Source: Nanobdellota archaeon (GTDB lineage: Archaea > Nanobdellota > Nanobdellia > Nanobdellales > Nanobdellaceae). Taken from it: a DNA stretch of 32,000 bases. The notes beneath the pieces are model-generated. The model did no database searches. It saw only the letters and a program-made list of their open reading frames with translations, and was not told the origin of the DNA. This document shows positions 7,798 to 16,883 of this stretch, in pieces. The stretch is taken from positions 30,001 to 62,000 of the forward strand of contig AP031373.1 in NCBI GenBank assembly GCA_042850255.1, written 5' to 3'. A program made the position numbers and the translations under genes. How positions within the stretch are numbered: the first letter of the stretch is position 1; each line of letters opens with the position of its first letter.

Positions 7798-8945
7798 ACC
7801 TCTATATTTATTTTCTTTTCGTATAATAATTTCTTTATATTTTCTAAATCATGTTCTATTACTTTTATTTTTTCTATTTCTCCAATTATATAGTCAAAAT
7901 TTGTTAATTCTAATACATTTTCTATCTTTTTTATTCTATTTTCCATATTTTCATAATCAGAAATTAAAGTTTCTGCTATATCTTTAGAATCTAATATTTC
8001 ATATTTTATATTATCTATCTCATCCTTTAATTTTTCCAATTTATCAGTCAATTCATTTATTTTCTCCTCTATAACATTAACTTTATCCAAATCTTTTGTT
8101 TTATTTTTTATATCATTAACAACATTTTGTAAATCTTCAAATAAATTATACATTCCATTCAATCTATTTTCAAAATTTAGATATTTATTATATAACTCTT
8201 GAGTTATTTTCAATTGTTTTATATTTTTTACATCATCTTTACTTATTTCTAATAAATAATTCATTGAATCTATCTTCTTATTTATATCATCGCTTATTTT
8301 ATCATATTTCTCCTTTAAATTATCTATTTCTCTATTTATATTTAATAACTCTTTTTCTTTTACTTGATTAATTTCTTCTACTAGTTTATTATATTGGATA
8401 ATATCTAAAGATACCTTTTCTAAAGTTTTAGATATTATTTCAGATAATTTATTTATTTCTACCTTTAATTTTTCTAACTCTCCTTTATTAACATAATTTT
8501 TATCTATTTCATTAATTTTTTCATTTATTTCTTTTATATTTTTTCTTTCTTCTTCTAAATATTGTTCTTTTTCTTCATATTTAGAAATTTTAATGGATAA
8601 TTCATTTACTAAATTTTCTATTTTGTTTAATCTAGATTTTAAATCAATTAAATATGAATAATCAATAAAATTTTTCTGATTGTTTTCTAATACATCCAAT
8701 TTTAATTTTACATCCTGTATTTCTTTTATTTTTTCAAATATATCTTCATTTAAATATGATTTATAATTATCCAAAATCTTTTTGATATTTTCCAACTCTT
8801 CTTTTAATAAATTTAATTCATCATAAAACTCTACTTTTTCCACATATTTATTTAATGATTTATTTATATCCAATAATTTGTCATTAAACTTTTTTATATA
8901 TGTATAAAATTCCTCTATTAAATCAAAATTCTCTTTCATATCCAT
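7794..8945 (-). CDS. Long coiled-coil protein (383 aa), no Cys, no NTPase motif
   Basis: Heptad-like E/K/L/I/N repeats run throughout. It is the last gene of the co-directional polB cluster. Confidence 0.6.
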   Translation of the reverse strand: MDMKENFDLIEEFYTYIKKFNDKLLDINKSLNKYVEKVEFYDELNLLKEELENIKKILDNYKSYLNEDIFEKIKEIQDVKLKLDVLENNQKNFIDYSYLIDLKSRLNKIENLVNELSIKISKYEEKEQYLEEERKNIKEINEKINEIDKNYVNKGELEKLKVEINKLSEIISKTLEKVSLDIIQYNKLVEEINQVKEKELLNINREIDNLKEKYDKISDDINKKIDSMNYLLEISKDDVKNIKQLKITQELYNKYLNFENRLNGMYNLFEDLQNVVNDIKNKTKDLDKVNVIEEKINELTDKLEKLKDEIDNIKYEILDSKDIAETLISDYENMENRIKKIENVLELTNFDYIIGEIEKIKVIEHDLENIKKLLYEKKINIEV

Positions 8946-8976
8946 ACTATATATAACAACGAAAATATTTATTAAA

Positions 8977-9300
8977 TTATATTTTTTTCATTATATTATC
9001 CTTCCTAATTTCTTCTAGATTTTTTCCAATTAAATCTAACTTTATTTCCAAATTATATATTCTTTTCTTTAATTCTTCTATTTCATCAAATTTTTGATTT
9101 ATAACAAGTAAAAGTATTTTTAATTCTTCCAATATTTCCTTATAATCTTTTTTCTTATCTTCTAAAATTGTTTTTAATTTTATATACTTTTCCTTTAAAT
9201 CGAAATTAATTTTCTTATTTTTTTCTAATTCTTCTTTTAAATTTTTTATCTTATCCTCTAATTCATCCAATATTTTCTCATATTCATCTATCTCATCCAT
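8977..9300 (-). CDS. Small coiled-coil protein (107 aa)
   Basis: The composition is entirely helical E/K/L-rich. Its ATG shares one nucleotide with the polB stop (TAATG). Confidence 0.55.
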   Translation of the reverse strand: MDEIDEYEKILDELEDKIKNLKEELEKNKKINFDLKEKYIKLKTILEDKKKDYKEILEELKILLLVINQKFDEIEELKKRIYNLEIKLDLIGKNLEEIRKDNIMKKI

Positions 9301-11711
9301 TATTTAAAGAATGATAAAATATTCTTTTGTGCCTTTCCAATATTTTCTATTGGTATATTTAATGCTTTTAATATAGATTCTACTGCAGGAATTACTTGTT
9401 TATTTATATAATAATCAGGATCATATTCCTTATCTTTAACTTCATCAACCAATCTAACTTTATCAGATATTTTTTCGCCTCCTCTTACTATTACATATTC
9501 TACAATAAAACCTTTTCCTACATTATAACCTCTTTGTTTATATTTTTTTGCAGCTATTACATGGGGGGCGGTTACTTCATAATCGGTTAACTCTTTTCTT
9601 AATTGTTCTCTTAATATAAATTTTTCTATTGGATATTCGTGATTTTTTATTTTATTTATTACATCAGATAAGTATAAATTTATTTCTTGTATTTTTCCCT
9701 CCAACGCCAATTTTATTACATTTTCTTGTACTTCTCCAGCAATATCTGACCAATCTCTTCTAACAACTTCAAATCCCCTCAATTTTATACTTCCATTTTC
9801 AGACAATAATGCATATTTTTTTCTAGCCCCACCTTCCCCAGATCTTTTTTCTACAAATATTCCAGATATGTAATAATCTTCAAATTCCATTTCTAGAGGT
9901 TTTGGTAAAATAGAATTTACTTCTTCCAATAATTTTAAACCATTTTCTTTATTATTTACAATTACAAAAATAGAATCTGTATCTCCATATAATACTTTAT
10001 ATCCTTTCTTTTCTATAAATTCTTTTACTTCAGTAATATGTTTTCTACCCAGTGCAGTAATAGATGATGCACATTCTAAACAATACCACCTAGAATTTGG
10101 AAATCCTAAGTATCCATATGTGGAATTTATTATATATTTTAAAGCTAATTGCCTACTATCTAATATTTTATATTCTTCACTACTTTTATCCAAACTTTTC
10201 ATTTTTTTCTTTAGATTAGATCTTTCTTCAAATATATTCTCTAAAATTTGGGAAATAAAACCTTTTTTCTTTTTACAAAACCATACTTCAATTTTTCCAA
10301 TACTAGTTTCTGCCAAAATTTTATCCTTTTTACATTCTTCATGATCGCATTTTAAAGTATCTGGGGAAATATTATATCTAATTATAATAGAAGGATATAA
10401 TGATCTAAAATCGTAAACAACAATATTTTTATATAAACCTGGTTTAGGTTCAAATACTATTGCTCCTGAATAAGTTATTTTTCTTCTTTCTTCTACCTCT
10501 TCAGGTTTTGGTCTATTTGGTATTATTTCATTAAATTCTCTTGCCCTTTTAATTAAATAGTTTTCTACTATTATACCATATGTACTACCAGATAATTCAT
10601 ATAATGTTATTCCCACTAATCTAGATATTTCTATTAATATATTTTCAAAATGCTTATATAATCTATAAGTTAATTCAACATCTTTTTGATTATACTTTAT
10701 TAAATAATTGAAATCCTTTGTATTATAAATTATATCAGTCATTTTATTTATATCCATATCCATTTTTCCTTCTCCCAATATTTCTTTTGCAACTTCATCT
10801 AATGAATATGTTTCAGAATTTAATTGAGGGGCAAATATAGTAGAAACTATATCAAATAAATCTAGATGTTGTATTCCAACAATTCTATATTTTTTATCTT
10901 CTTCTCTTTTCTTAGTATATATTATTCCTTTCCCATCCCATCCAAAATTAAAATTAAATCCTAGTTTTTTAGCTCTTTCATATAAAAAATAAAAATCAAA
11001 ATTATTAGAATTGTATCCTACAATAACATCCGGATCTAAATTTTTTATTATATCATTTAATTTTTTTAATAATTCTAATTCGTTATTTACTTTTATGCCA
11101 ATATTTGCATCTCCATTCCAATAAATAGAATAATAATCTTTCCCATCATATATTGATACCAAATATATTGGTGTTTTATCTGGAGAAGGAATTGCTTTTT
11201 CAGATACAGTTTCTATATCTATTGCAACAACTTTTAAACTATATTTCCCTTCTATTTTTCCATTATTTTTTATAAATTTATAATAATCTATATCTCCTTT
11301 TTTTATTAATTCTAAATCTAAATCATACCAATCCAGTGGATATATATTATTATCTATTTGAAATTTTTTAATAATAGATATATCTCCTTCTTTTTTTCCT
11401 ATTAACTTACCTTCTTCTTTTAATTTATCTGCAAAATTTTTTATTTTATCATAATCATCCTGATTTAAATAAACTTTTATTACTTTATATTCTTTTCCAA
11501 TAAAATTTTTGTTTTCTATTTCATATTTTTTTATATATTTTTCATCTTTTAATTTATTTTCTATTTCATTCAAGTATTTTTCATCTTTTAAAATTAGATA
11601 AACATAATAAGGTTGATCGTATTCTATTCTTACTTTTTTTCCATTTTCATCTCTTCCATAAATATAAACTTTTTCTTTATCATGATCAAAATCTATAACA
11701 AATACTTTCAT
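9300..11711 (-). CDS. polB: Family B DNA polymerase, contiguous and intein-free
   Basis: Exo I is AIDIETVS, Exo II is NSNNFDFYFL and Exo III is YNQKDVELTY. Pol A is DFRSLYPSIII, Pol B is KYIINSTYGYLG and Pol C is VLYGDTDSIFV. Confidence 0.95.
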   Translation of the reverse strand: MKVFVIDFDHDKEKVYIYGRDENGKKVRIEYDQPYYVYLILKDEKYLNEIENKLKDEKYIKKYEIENKNFIGKEYKVIKVYLNQDDYDKIKNFADKLKEEGKLIGKKEGDISIIKKFQIDNNIYPLDWYDLDLELIKKGDIDYYKFIKNNGKIEGKYSLKVVAIDIETVSEKAIPSPDKTPIYLVSIYDGKDYYSIYWNGDANIGIKVNNELELLKKLNDIIKNLDPDVIVGYNSNNFDFYFLYERAKKLGFNFNFGWDGKGIIYTKKREEDKKYRIVGIQHLDLFDIVSTIFAPQLNSETYSLDEVAKEILGEGKMDMDINKMTDIIYNTKDFNYLIKYNQKDVELTYRLYKHFENILIEISRLVGITLYELSGSTYGIIVENYLIKRAREFNEIIPNRPKPEEVEERRKITYSGAIVFEPKPGLYKNIVVYDFRSLYPSIIIRYNISPDTLKCDHEECKKDKILAETSIGKIEVWFCKKKKGFISQILENIFEERSNLKKKMKSLDKSSEEYKILDSRQLALKYIINSTYGYLGFPNSRWYCLECASSITALGRKHITEVKEFIEKKGYKVLYGDTDSIFVIVNNKENGLKLLEEVNSILPKPLEMEFEDYYISGIFVEKRSGEGGARKKYALLSENGSIKLRGFEVVRRDWSDIAGEVQENVIKLALEGKIQEINLYLSDVINKIKNHEYPIEKFILREQLRKELTDYEVTAPHVIAAKKYKQRGYNVGKGFIVEYVIVRGGEKISDKVRLVDEVKDKEYDPDYYINKQVIPAVESILKALNIPIENIGKAQKNILSFFK

Positions 11712-11741
11712 AAAAAAATATTGTATTATATAAATTAAAAC

Positions 11742-13184
11742 TTATCCTTTTATAACTGCAATTGGTCTTAATCTTACAATTATTTTTGATATTCCTAAAC
11801 TTTCAGTTACCTTTGCAACTTCATCAACATTTTTATATGCTTCTGGAACTTCTTCTACAACCCCTTCTTTTGTTGTAGATTTTACAATTATTCCTCTTTC
11901 TTCCAAATTTTTTATTACATTACTATAACTAAACTGTCTTCTAGCTGCAGATCTTGATAAATTTCTTCCAGCACCATGTGCAGATGAACCAAAAGATAAT
12001 TCCATTGATCCTGGTAATCCTAATAAAATATATGATGCAGTACCCATGGAACCTGGTATTAATACTGGTTGTCCTATTTTCTTATATTCTTCTACTAATT
12101 CCTCAGATCCTGCAGGAAATGCTCTGGTAGCACCTTTTCTATGTACTATTAATTTTTTGGTTTTTCCATCAACTTTATGTTCTTCTATTTTTGCAATATT
12201 ATGAGCAACATCATATACAACATTTAAACCAATATCTTCTGCAGGATGATTAAATACTTTTTCAAAAGATTTCCTTATCCAATATGTAATTATTTGTCTA
12301 TTGTTCCATGCAAAATTTGCTGCAGCACTCATTGATTTCCAATATCTTTGTCCTTCTTCAGATTGAAATGGTAAATATACTAATTCTCTATCAGGTAATT
12401 TATTTACAATATCTCTATATTTTTTTAATCCAATATCAATATAATCTGATGCAACTTGATGTCCAAACCCGCGAGAACCTGTATGTACAAGAATTGTAAC
12501 TTGTCCTTCTTCTTCAATTCCCATAATTTTTGCAATTTCTTCATCAAATATTTTATCTACAACCTGTATTTCTAAAAAATGATTTCCAGATCCTAAAGTT
12601 CCCAATTGATCTATCCCTCTCCTTATTGCTAAATCTGATACATATTCTATCGAAGCATCTTTTAATCTACCATATGATTCTACATAATACAAATCTTCTT
12701 TCCATGCATATCCTTCTCTATAACTCCAATCTAATCCTTCTTCTACAGCATCTTTAAATTGTCCTGGAGATAATAAAATTTTTCCAGTTTCCCCAACTCC
12801 AGCTGGAACATTTTTAAATATTTCATTTATAATTTCTTTTATCTTAAGTTTAATTTCGTCGTATTTTAAGTTAGTTCTCAATAATCTGACTCCACAGTTA
12901 ATATCATAACCTACCGAGCCTGGAGAAATTATACCTTCGTTTAAATCAAATGCTCCAATCCCACCTACAGGAAATCCATACCCTTCATGTCCATCTGGCA
13001 TTATTACAAAATATTTTTGTATTCCTGGTAATGTAGTTGCATTTTTTCCTTGTATTAATGTTTTATCCTGCTTCATTTTTTCTATTAAACTATCACTAGC
13101 ATAAATTCTTACTGGTACATTCATATTATCTTCTTTTGGTATTTCGTATATATTTTCAGATATTTTCCTTAATTTTATATCCAT
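11742..13184 (-). CDS. rtcB: RNA-splicing ligase RtcB
   Basis: GYDINCGVR, GSGNHFLE, HTGSRGFGHQVA and the C-terminal SSAHGAGR...EAYK motifs are present. The 480-aa length shows no intein. Confidence 0.95.
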   Translation of the reverse strand: MDIKLRKISENIYEIPKEDNMNVPVRIYASDSLIEKMKQDKTLIQGKNATTLPGIQKYFVIMPDGHEGYGFPVGGIGAFDLNEGIISPGSVGYDINCGVRLLRTNLKYDEIKLKIKEIINEIFKNVPAGVGETGKILLSPGQFKDAVEEGLDWSYREGYAWKEDLYYVESYGRLKDASIEYVSDLAIRRGIDQLGTLGSGNHFLEIQVVDKIFDEEIAKIMGIEEEGQVTILVHTGSRGFGHQVASDYIDIGLKKYRDIVNKLPDRELVYLPFQSEEGQRYWKSMSAAANFAWNNRQIITYWIRKSFEKVFNHPAEDIGLNVVYDVAHNIAKIEEHKVDGKTKKLIVHRKGATRAFPAGSEELVEEYKKIGQPVLIPGSMGTASYILLGLPGSMELSFGSSAHGAGRNLSRSAARRQFSYSNVIKNLEERGIIVKSTTKEGVVEEVPEAYKNVDEVAKVTESLGISKIIVRLRPIAVIKG

Positions 13185-13199
13185 AAATAATAATTTTAA

Positions 13200-14363
13200 T
13201 TAACTCTTTAAAGCATAATTAAAGAAAAATGTAGATATACTTAATATTAAGAAAGATAAAATTAAACCATAAGAAACTGGAACAATATATAATAACAAAG
13301 ATCCTATTGCTCCTCCTATATCTCTAAAAAAATAAATATTACCAAATTTCTGTGGAAAATTATTTATAATATAATTATCAAAGAAGTATTGAAACATAGT
13401 CCATGAAAAAGCAGCTAAAATAAATAGAATTAATAGTATTATAGCATTAATTATTTGATTATGAATATATATTAATATGGTTATAAATAATATAATTCCT
13501 ATTAAAAATCTAGATACTATACCTATTTTAATATTTCTAAAACTGATATTTCTTTTATATAATTTATATAATATTGATGTATATATTCCATTAATAAATA
13601 ATAAAAATGGATAAATAAATGATAAAGAAAATTTATCTACAGAATATACTAAAGAAGACCAAACTAAACTAAAACCTATTAAAACAAAAAGATTATAAAT
13701 TTCTAAATACCCTATTCTTAACTTTTTAATATTTATAGGGAAAACTAATCCTTCAAATAATGGATATAAAGATCCAAAGTTATTTATATTACTTTCTGCT
13801 ATAGAAAATATTTTATCTATATTTTCTAATAGATTTAATTGATATTTATCAGTAAATAAAAATAAGTATAAATTTCTAGATAGAACAATTATTATTGAAA
13901 TGAGAAATAGAAATGCTACAAGATATAAATTATACATAATGGATAATATTAAAGAAGATATTTGTGGTATAACAGATCCAATAGTCCAGTATATATTAAA
14001 ATAAAAATTCAATTTTACGTCTTTATAATATAATAAAAAAGAAAAATATGTAGAATAATATGTAAAATTAAATAAAAAATAGGAAATTATAAATATTAGT
14101 TCATTAGGAAAAATTAATAATAATGTTGATAAAAGAGGTCCTATTATTCCAATAGACCCTATAGGAATATAGTTTTTTTCATTTATTTTTAGATTACCAA
14201 ATATTACTGAACTTAATAATGATCCTATATATGATATAGCAACCAAAGAAAAATATATAGAAGATGGGAAATTAAAATATGACGGATAAATAAAATATAA
14301 ACTATTTAAGATTCCCCCAAATAAATTATTACCTATTAATAAAGTCTTTTCTTTATAGTTCAC
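13200..14363 (-). CDS. Polytopic membrane protein (about 10-12 TM, transporter-like)
   Basis: The hydrophobic helix pattern runs throughout. No specific family motif was recognised. Confidence 0.55.
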   Translation of the reverse strand: MNYKEKTLLIGNNLFGGILNSLYFIYPSYFNFPSSIYFSLVAISYIGSLLSSVIFGNLKINEKNYIPIGSIGIIGPLLSTLLLIFPNELIFIISYFLFNFTYYSTYFSFLLYYKDVKLNFYFNIYWTIGSVIPQISSLILSIMYNLYLVAFLFLISIIIVLSRNLYLFLFTDKYQLNLLENIDKIFSIAESNINNFGSLYPLFEGLVFPINIKKLRIGYLEIYNLFVLIGFSLVWSSLVYSVDKFSLSFIYPFLLFINGIYTSILYKLYKRNISFRNIKIGIVSRFLIGIILFITILIYIHNQIINAIILLILFILAAFSWTMFQYFFDNYIINNFPQKFGNIYFFRDIGGAIGSLLLYIVPVSYGLILSFLILSISTFFFNYALKS

Positions 14364-14980
14364 TTTATTATCTCTCTAATTTTCTTTTTTATTATATCAG
14401 CCAGAGCTATTCCTATAGCAACTGATATAGAAATAACTATACCAGCAAATAATATTACAAATAAATACAATAATACAGGAGATAATAGATTTAAATAACT
14501 TAATATAAGTACTAGAACAAAAAACATTATTATAAATTTAAGGAAATACAATAAATAGTCTTTATATTTATTATTTTCTAAAACTTGCTCTATAGAGGAT
14601 TTAATTAGTATTTCCATCATTGCATAAGATATTATCATTAATAATATAATAGCTAACAAATAATTTAATATATTAAATATCGTAGTACCGATGAAAGATG
14701 TATATGGAATAATATAAAATGCATACCCTATAAAATAAAAATAGATGAAAAATTTCACTATGTTTATTATTATAGATGTTAAAGATTTGTTAATTAATAT
14801 TCCTTTTTCATGCAACCAATTATCTAAACCTAATATTTTATTTAATACAATCTTTAATAAAAAAGCAACTAATTTTCCAATAAAGTATCCTAAAACAATT
14901 ATAGCAACAAATATTAAGAATAATTCCAATGTATTATAAGAGAATATCTGAGTTATTATGGTAGATAAGGAATCAACCAT
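14360..14980 (-). CDS. Membrane protein with a conserved-TM-helix repeat (MscS N-terminal-like)
   Basis: LGYFIGKLVAFLLKIVLNKILGLDNWLHEKGI resembles the TM-helix repeat seen at the N-termini of MscS-like proteins. There are 5-6 TM segments. Confidence 0.45.
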   Translation of the reverse strand: MVDSLSTIITQIFSYNTLELFLIFVAIIVLGYFIGKLVAFLLKIVLNKILGLDNWLHEKGILINKSLTSIIINIVKFFIYFYFIGYAFYIIPYTSFIGTTIFNILNYLLAIILLMIISYAMMEILIKSSIEQVLENNKYKDYLLYFLKFIIMFFVLVLILSYLNLLSPVLLYLFVILFAGIVISISVAIGIALADIIKKKIREIIK

Positions 14981-15012
14981 ACAAAGATATAAACTTTAGT
15001 TATTTATAAGAC

Positions 15013-15085
15013 TAGCCCCGCGGGGATTCGAACCCCGGTCACAGGGACCAAAACCCTGCATCCTAGACCACTAGACGACGGGGCT
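15013..15085 (-). tRNA. tRNA-Gln (UUG)
   Basis: The reverse complement is AGCCCCGTCGTCTAGTGGTCTAGGATGCAGGGTTTTGGTCCCTGTGACCGGGGTTCGAATCCCCGCGGGGCTA. The anticodon stem is CAGGG/CCCTG, the loop is TTTTGGT and the T-loop is TTCGAAT. There is no intron and no encoded CCA. Confidence 0.9.
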
Positions 15086-15170
15086 ATTTATATATTTTAT
15101 AGTTCGGAAATGTTTTTATATAATTTTTCACTTTAGTTTTAACACCTAATTTAACAATCAATTTACTTAT

Positions 15171-15193
15171 ATGTTTATATAGTATATATACAT
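15171..15193. promoter_or_regulatory. Imperfect palindrome ATGTTTATATA-G-TATATATACAT just upstream of vapB; possible operator and/or TATA region
   Basis: The arms match 10 of 11 positions when read directly. The element ends 12 nt before the vapB ATG. Confidence 0.25.
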
Positions 15194-15204
15194 TATGTAA
15201 ATAT

Positions 15205-15414
15205 ATGGTAAAGACAATAACAATTAGAGATGATGTTTATAAAAAACTATTAGAGATAAAAGGAGATAAAAGCTTTAGCGAAATAATATTGGAATTAATA
15301 GAAAAAAAGAGTAATATAAAGATATTTAAAGATATATTAAAAAATTCAAAAATATTAGATGAAATAGAAAAAGAGATTATTGAATATAGAAAAAATATAA
15401 AATCTAAAATATAA
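15205..15414 (+). CDS. vapB: VapB-type antitoxin (archaeal COG1753-like family)
   Basis: [32 protein letters not shown] is the characteristic N-terminus of archaeal putative VapB antitoxins. A PIN-domain reading frame follows it. Confidence 0.7.
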   Translation: MVKTITIRDDVYKKLLEIKGDKSFSEIILELIEKKSNIKIFKDILKNSKILDEIEKEIIEYRKNIKSKI

Positions 15415-15752
15415 ATTAATAGATACTTCATTAATAATAGACTATTTAAAGGGAAAAATAGATTTGCCAGACGATTATATCTTTTCTGTAATAAATTTTT
15501 ATGAACTATATTGGAAAGCTTTAGAGAAAAACAGTTTTTCTTTATCTCTAGTATTACCTTTAGATATAGAATCTGTTAGAGAAACATCCAAAAATAAAAG
15601 TCAAACTAAGAAAATTGGGAAAAGAAATCAACGATTTTGATATTTTAATTACTGGAATATGTTTATCAAATGGAATAGAAGAAATATGGACAAAAGACAA
15701 AGATTTTAAGGAAATAGAAAATATAACAGATATAAAAGTTCAAATATTTTGA
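15413..15752 (+). pseudogene. vapC: PIN-domain VapC toxin, frameshifted and lacking a canonical start codon
   Basis: Frame A reads [14 protein letters not shown]...FYELYWKA...LPLDIESVRETSK and stops at 15638-15640. The +1 frame continues IKVKLRKIGKEINDFDILITGICLSNGIEEIWTKDKDFKEI...QIF* to 15752. All four PIN acidic positions are present. The frames join if the A5 run at 15590-15594 is shortened by one A. Confidence 0.7.
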
Positions 15753-15806
15753 TTTTCGTTTTCCTTTTTTAATACTTTATATTAATAAATACTTTAAATT
15801 ATATTT

Positions 15807-15856
15807 ATGTTAATTAACATGACATGATTTTAAATTTTTAACTTTATGTTAAACAT
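15807..15856. promoter_or_regulatory. Two palindromes with ATGTT/AACAT arms upstream of and over the annotated start of the AAA+ ATPase gene
   Basis: ATGTTAATTAACAT (15807-15820) is a perfect 14-bp palindrome. ATGTTAAACAT lies at 15846-15856. Confidence 0.25.
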
Positions 15857-16883
15857 AAATATTATGCAGGAGATGAAAGATATGTTAAATTTTTTTGGAC
15901 TCAAGGATAATCCATTTAAATTAGAAGTAATATTAGAAACATTTGTAGGTTATAATTTAGAAAGAGAAAAGTTACTTAATTCTATAAATAATAAAGAAAA
16001 AATAATTTTGGTTTCTGGTCCTACGGGGGCTGGAAAAACTACTTTACTATTATGGACGTTTAATAATTTAAAAATAAAAAATAAAATGTATATTTATAAA
16101 TCTTTTAAAGATAAGGGAGAATTTGAAGAGTATATAAAAAGTAATTTATCATTTTTTGAAAAATTTATATATAAATTTAAATCTTTTAATATGATAGATT
16201 ATCTAAATAGGAAAAATATGGTAATATTTATAGATGAAGCTACATTTTTCAGTGATGAAATATTAGAATGGATAAAAATATTATCAGACCAAACTAGATC
16301 AATATTTATTTTAGCAGGTTTGCCCGAATTAGAAGAAAGATTATTAAAAGAACATAGAACATTATATGAAAGAATATTATCTAAAATATATTTAAAATCA
16401 TTAGATCCTGAAAATGGTAAATTATTAGTTAAAAAAAGATTAGAATTGGCAGGAAATCTTAATTTATTTACTGATGATGCTATAGAAGAAATATATCATA
16501 TATCAGGGGGTTTGCCTAGAGAAATACTAAAATACTCATATGAAGCTTTATTAATAGCATATAGAGAAAAGAAAAATACAATTGATAAGGAAATAATAGA
16601 AAAAATTTATGAATCTAAAAAACCACCTACAGACTTATTAAAATTAACTGAAAAACAAAGGTTTGTAATAGAATTAATAACAAAATATGGACCAAAGGGT
16701 GTTAATGAATTATTAAAATTATTTAAAGATAGATATCCAGATACCACAATTCATGCTTTATCAAATATATTAAAAAGAATGGTAGAATCAAAATATCTAG
16801 TAAGAACAAAAGTTAAAGGAAAATTTATATACGATGTTGTCCCGGCAATAAGAGATTACTTTATAAGAGAAATAAACAAATGA
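15846..16883 (+). CDS. AAA+ ATPase of the ExeA/AAA_22 type with a C-terminal winged-helix domain
   Basis: It has FGLKDNPF near the N-terminus, Walker A GPTGAGKT and Walker B VIFIDEA. LAGLPELEERL...RLELAGNLNLFTDDAIEEIYHISGGLPREI matches the ExeA-like pattern, and the C-terminal ~90 aa look MarR/wHTH-like. The true start may be one of the internal Met codons at residues 7-13. Confidence 0.75.
   Translation: MLNINIMQEMKDMLNFFGLKDNPFKLEVILETFVGYNLEREKLLNSINNKEKIILVSGPTGAGKTTLLLWTFNNLKIKNKMYIYKSFKDKGEFEEYIKSNLSFFEKFIYKFKSFNMIDYLNRKNMVIFIDEATFFSDEILEWIKILSDQTRSIFILAGLPELEERLLKEHRTLYERILSKIYLKSLDPENGKLLVKKRLELAGNLNLFTDDAIEEIYHISGGLPREILKYSYEALLIAYREKKNTIDKEIIEKIYESKKPPTDLLKLTEKQRFVIELITKYGPKGVNELLKLFKDRYPDTTIHALSNILKRMVESKYLVRTKVKGKFIYDVVPAIRDYFIREINK

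Noticed and set aside
8977-9300. 107-aa coiled-coil protein as prefoldin beta.
   Set aside because: The size fits, but the central beta-hairpin segment (with conserved Gly and hydrophobic strands) is not evident. The sequence looks helical throughout.
9300-13184. Inteins or split genes in PolB and RtcB, common in thermophilic archaea and a possible source of the nearby LAGLIDADG gene.
   Set aside because: Both proteins have normal lengths (803 and 480 aa) with uninterrupted spacing between catalytic motifs. No Cys/Ser...His-Asn splice-junction blocks were seen.
15753-16883. Orc1/Cdc6 gene with an adjacent replication origin (AT-rich spacer with inverted repeats).
   Set aside because: The ATPase matches the ExeA/AAA_22 pattern (NPF start, LxGxPEL, SGGxPR) better than Orc1/Cdc6. 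The spacer also lacks ORB-like elements with G-strings. Not fully excluded without profile searches.
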